64,000 bases of DNA, taken from NCBI GenBank assembly GCA_048937405.1, contig JBHLNF010000002.1:224001-288000 (forward strand). Direction: 5' to 3'. The DNA is from Promethearchaeota archaeon. Its GTDB lineage: Archaea > Asgardarchaeota > Lokiarchaeia > Sigyniarchaeales > SOKP01. The notes below the pieces were generated by a model. That model was not told the origin of the DNA, made no database searches, and was given only the letters and a program-made list of their open reading frames with translations. The position numbers and the translations under genes were made by a program. Numbering within the stretch: the stretch's first letter is position 1; each line of letters opens with the position of its first letter. Below, one piece after another: positions 61,682 to 64,000 of the stretch.

Positions 61682-61771
61682 CATATCAATATAATACTTA
61701 AATCCTTTTTCTGTTTATTTCTTAAAAAAATTAAAATTCTAAACTAATTGGAGATCTCTTCCCACTATTTA

Positions 61772-62560
61772 TTATGCTACAAAATTAGTTAACTCAACCT
61801 TCTCATCTTTTAAATCCTTTCGATTAAGAATTATCTCCTTAATTTTTGGTAATACTTTATCAAAAAATACAAATAAATAAGGGACACCTTGATTGGTTAA
61901 TATTAATGAATCATATAATAATAATTCAACCCCGGATGGTCTCATTTGCGTAATGAGTAAATATGATTCCATCATAAAAGAAAGCATAAAACCAATCCAA
62001 AAAATATATAGAATCGTTTTATAGTCATATCTCAATACAATTAGCAATAAAAATCCACATAAAACGGTAATAATTTCTACTATTCTTAAACTACGCATAT
62101 GTCTAACCGTAGTTATTTCTAAATCAAGCAAGGGTAATATTTGCGACAAACTAGCTGTTACTAACCAACCACCATATAAAAAAAGAGTCCATAATATTAT
62201 TTCCTTTAGATTATTCCTTTCAAACATTATCATTACCCAACTAAAGGCTACCAAACCATAGCTAAAATCCATCATAAAATCTACAAAAAATTTGTATTCG
62301 GGGGGAAAAATTTCACGAACTCCGGTATTCCACCAAATTATACTATCTATTATTAGAAAAAGTACTCCACATAAAAGACCAACATAAAGTGGTTTTCTTT
62401 TTTTCTTAATAATTAGAACTGTAAGAAAAATTAAGAAGAAAATTAAATCGAAAATAAGATAATCCAAATCAAAGTTTCTTGTTATATCATATGTAATCTG
62501 TATCATGAAAATCATTAGTCGAATATTTCCTTTCCATTGATCTATTGAAATTAATAACAA
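61772..62560 (-). CDS. Multi-pass membrane protein
   Basis: About 7 hydrophobic segments; the true start is probably a downstream ATG. Confidence 0.7.
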   Translation of the reverse strand: MLLISIDQWKGNIRLMIFMIQITYDITRNFDLDYLIFDLIFFLIFLTVLIIKKKRKPLYVGLLCGVLFLIIDSIIWWNTGVREIFPPEYKFFVDFMMDFSYGLVAFSWVMIMFERNNLKEIILWTLFLYGGWLVTASLSQILPLLDLEITTVRHMRSLRIVEIITVLCGFLLLIVLRYDYKTILYIFWIGFMLSFMMESYLLITQMRPSGVELLLYDSLILTNQGVPYLFVFFDKVLPKIKEIILNRKDLKDEKVELTNFVA

Positions 62561-62799
62561 TTTTAATATTTTTCAATTGCTTATTATTAATTCTGAAATT
62601 TAACGCGATGAAGAAAAAATATTGCAAGTAAATTTAACTAAACTTTTTTCATGATAGCTCAAGAAAATCTCTTTCTTTATGGATGGGATGAATTAAGGAT
62701 GAGAAGAAAAATCATTATATCATTAAACACACCTCTTTTTAAACAAATTACTCTCTATTATATTAATCTGAAACTGACTTAAAAGAAAAACGAAACAGG

Positions 62800-63240
62800 T
62801 GATACAAAAAGGAATAAAAACCACAAAATCCTCAACTATTCAGTTCATATCATAGGCTATTTGTCACGATTTGTCGAATTCTTAACCTATAATGAGGAAA
62901 AAATAGGTAAAAGAGTAATAAGAATTGATGAGTCCAAGACTACAAAAGTCTGTTGTAATGGTAAAAAACTGAAAAAAAGGTTACTCTTCGAAAGAAATAT
63001 TACATGCGACCGTGGAACTCATGTTGACCAAGACCTCAATTCGGTACTCAAAATCATGAGATCATGACTCTTTTTTAAGTCTTCAAGCATAACTATGAAT
63101 CCCTATCGCATTAACCCTCTGTGAACGGGGAATTATTCCTAACATGATGGAATGGTTTTCTACGACATAAAGACCAACCCGTACTAGAAGCGGTTGCGTA
63201 CTCGTACAAAAACATAGCCTTTAAGCTATGCCTAGTTCAT
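62800..63240 (+). mobile_element. IS200/IS605-family remnant with right end (left boundary uncertain)
   Basis: The tnpB fragment is followed by hairpin CATAGC-CTTTAA-GCTATG (63213-63230) and TAGTTCA (to 63239). Confidence 0.6.
62861..63067 (+). pseudogene. tnpB: Decayed tnpB C-terminal fragment
   Basis: FLTY..EK.G..V..IDES.TTK.C and DQDLNS..KI (degenerate DRDxNAAxNI); Zn-finger Cys partly lost. Confidence 0.75.
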
Positions 63241-63790
63241 AAACCAAATAATCTACTTTATGTGGATTCTTTTTTTCATTAGTCATATTTCTAACACCAT
63301 TATAATGAAAAGTGATGAATATAATTAAAGTGAACTAATGCAAAAAATAAGTAAAAAAAAATTATTTGTATTTATAGTAGTATTATTATTTGAATATTTT
63401 TCTATTGAATATTCTAATTATTTAAAAACTACTTATAATAATATTTAATTAAATAAAGAGATTGGATTTATATATCAAATTAGTATGGGCTAAGTTCTTA
63501 TTTCACAATAGTTATAAAATAGTTAAATAAAAATGAAATATTAAAATTAAGCATATTAATTAATTTTTTGATAGGTCAATAAAATACAATCACATAAAAT
63601 TTTAAACAAATATTATAATCTTTTTAATATATCACATCGAAATATTTAATATATATAAAAAAAGTTATAGATTATAGAAATCGTATTAGTGATTAACTCT
63701 AAAAACAAGAATTCTCACTAAAAGAAGCAAAAATACACAAAAACCTTTCAAATAATAAAACCTACTAAAAAAGGGAGGTAAGCATGCAAA

Positions 63791-64000
63791 TTGTATGATG
63801 CAACGTATAAAATTGTAATCTTTGGAGATGCAGGTTGCGGAAAAACTACATTAACTCAAAGGTTTTTGACAAATTTATTTAAATCAGATTCAAAAATGAC
63901 TATAGGCGTTGATTTCGAAGTAAAAAGCCTAGAAATCAATGGAAAAAAAATAAAACTCCAAATCTGGGATTTTGGTGGAGAAGAACGATTTAGGTTCTTA
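63791..64000 (+). CDS. Rab-like small GTPase, 3' end outside window
   Basis: TTG start after SD GGGAGGT; YKIVIFGDAGCGKT...TIGVDF...QIWDFGGEERF. Confidence 0.9.
   Translation, partial: MYDATYKIVIFGDAGCGKTTLTQRFLTNLFKSDSKMTIGVDFEVKSLEINGKKIKLQIWDFGGEERFRFL

Overview
AT-rich archaeal chromosome segment, most likely from an Asgard archaeon of the Lokiarchaeia. It carries TBP, six Rab-like small GTPases, V4R and longin-like proteins, Cdc48, PSTK, the tetraether synthase Tes, and Cys/Ile/Arg tRNA synthetases. Main observations: (1) An operon at 22.9-26.9 kb encodes recognisable homologues of the eukaryotic UFMylation cascade: a UBA5-like E1, a UFM1-like modifier already ending in mature -VG, and a UFC1-like E2. 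It also encodes a JAB/MPN isopeptidase and a stand-alone Cdc48 N-domain-like protein. It is divergently transcribed from an operon with an ESCRT-II (EAP30/Vps22)-like protein, an SPFH protein and two beta-propeller/TM/PCI membrane proteins. (2) An unannotated Ile-rich leader peptide with alternative RNA pairings lies upstream of ileS, which itself appears to start at ATT; this looks like attenuation control in an archaeon. (3) Two regulator+effector cassettes are each bracketed by a duplicated 3' gene fragment. (4) An island at about 45.7-56.8 kb holds a giant polymorphic-toxin-like protein and a candidate immunity gene. (5) A structured RNA-like element lies upstream of tes. (6) A decayed IS200/IS605 tnpB remnant sits near the right end. 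All family assignments come from motif recognition by eye, not database searches.
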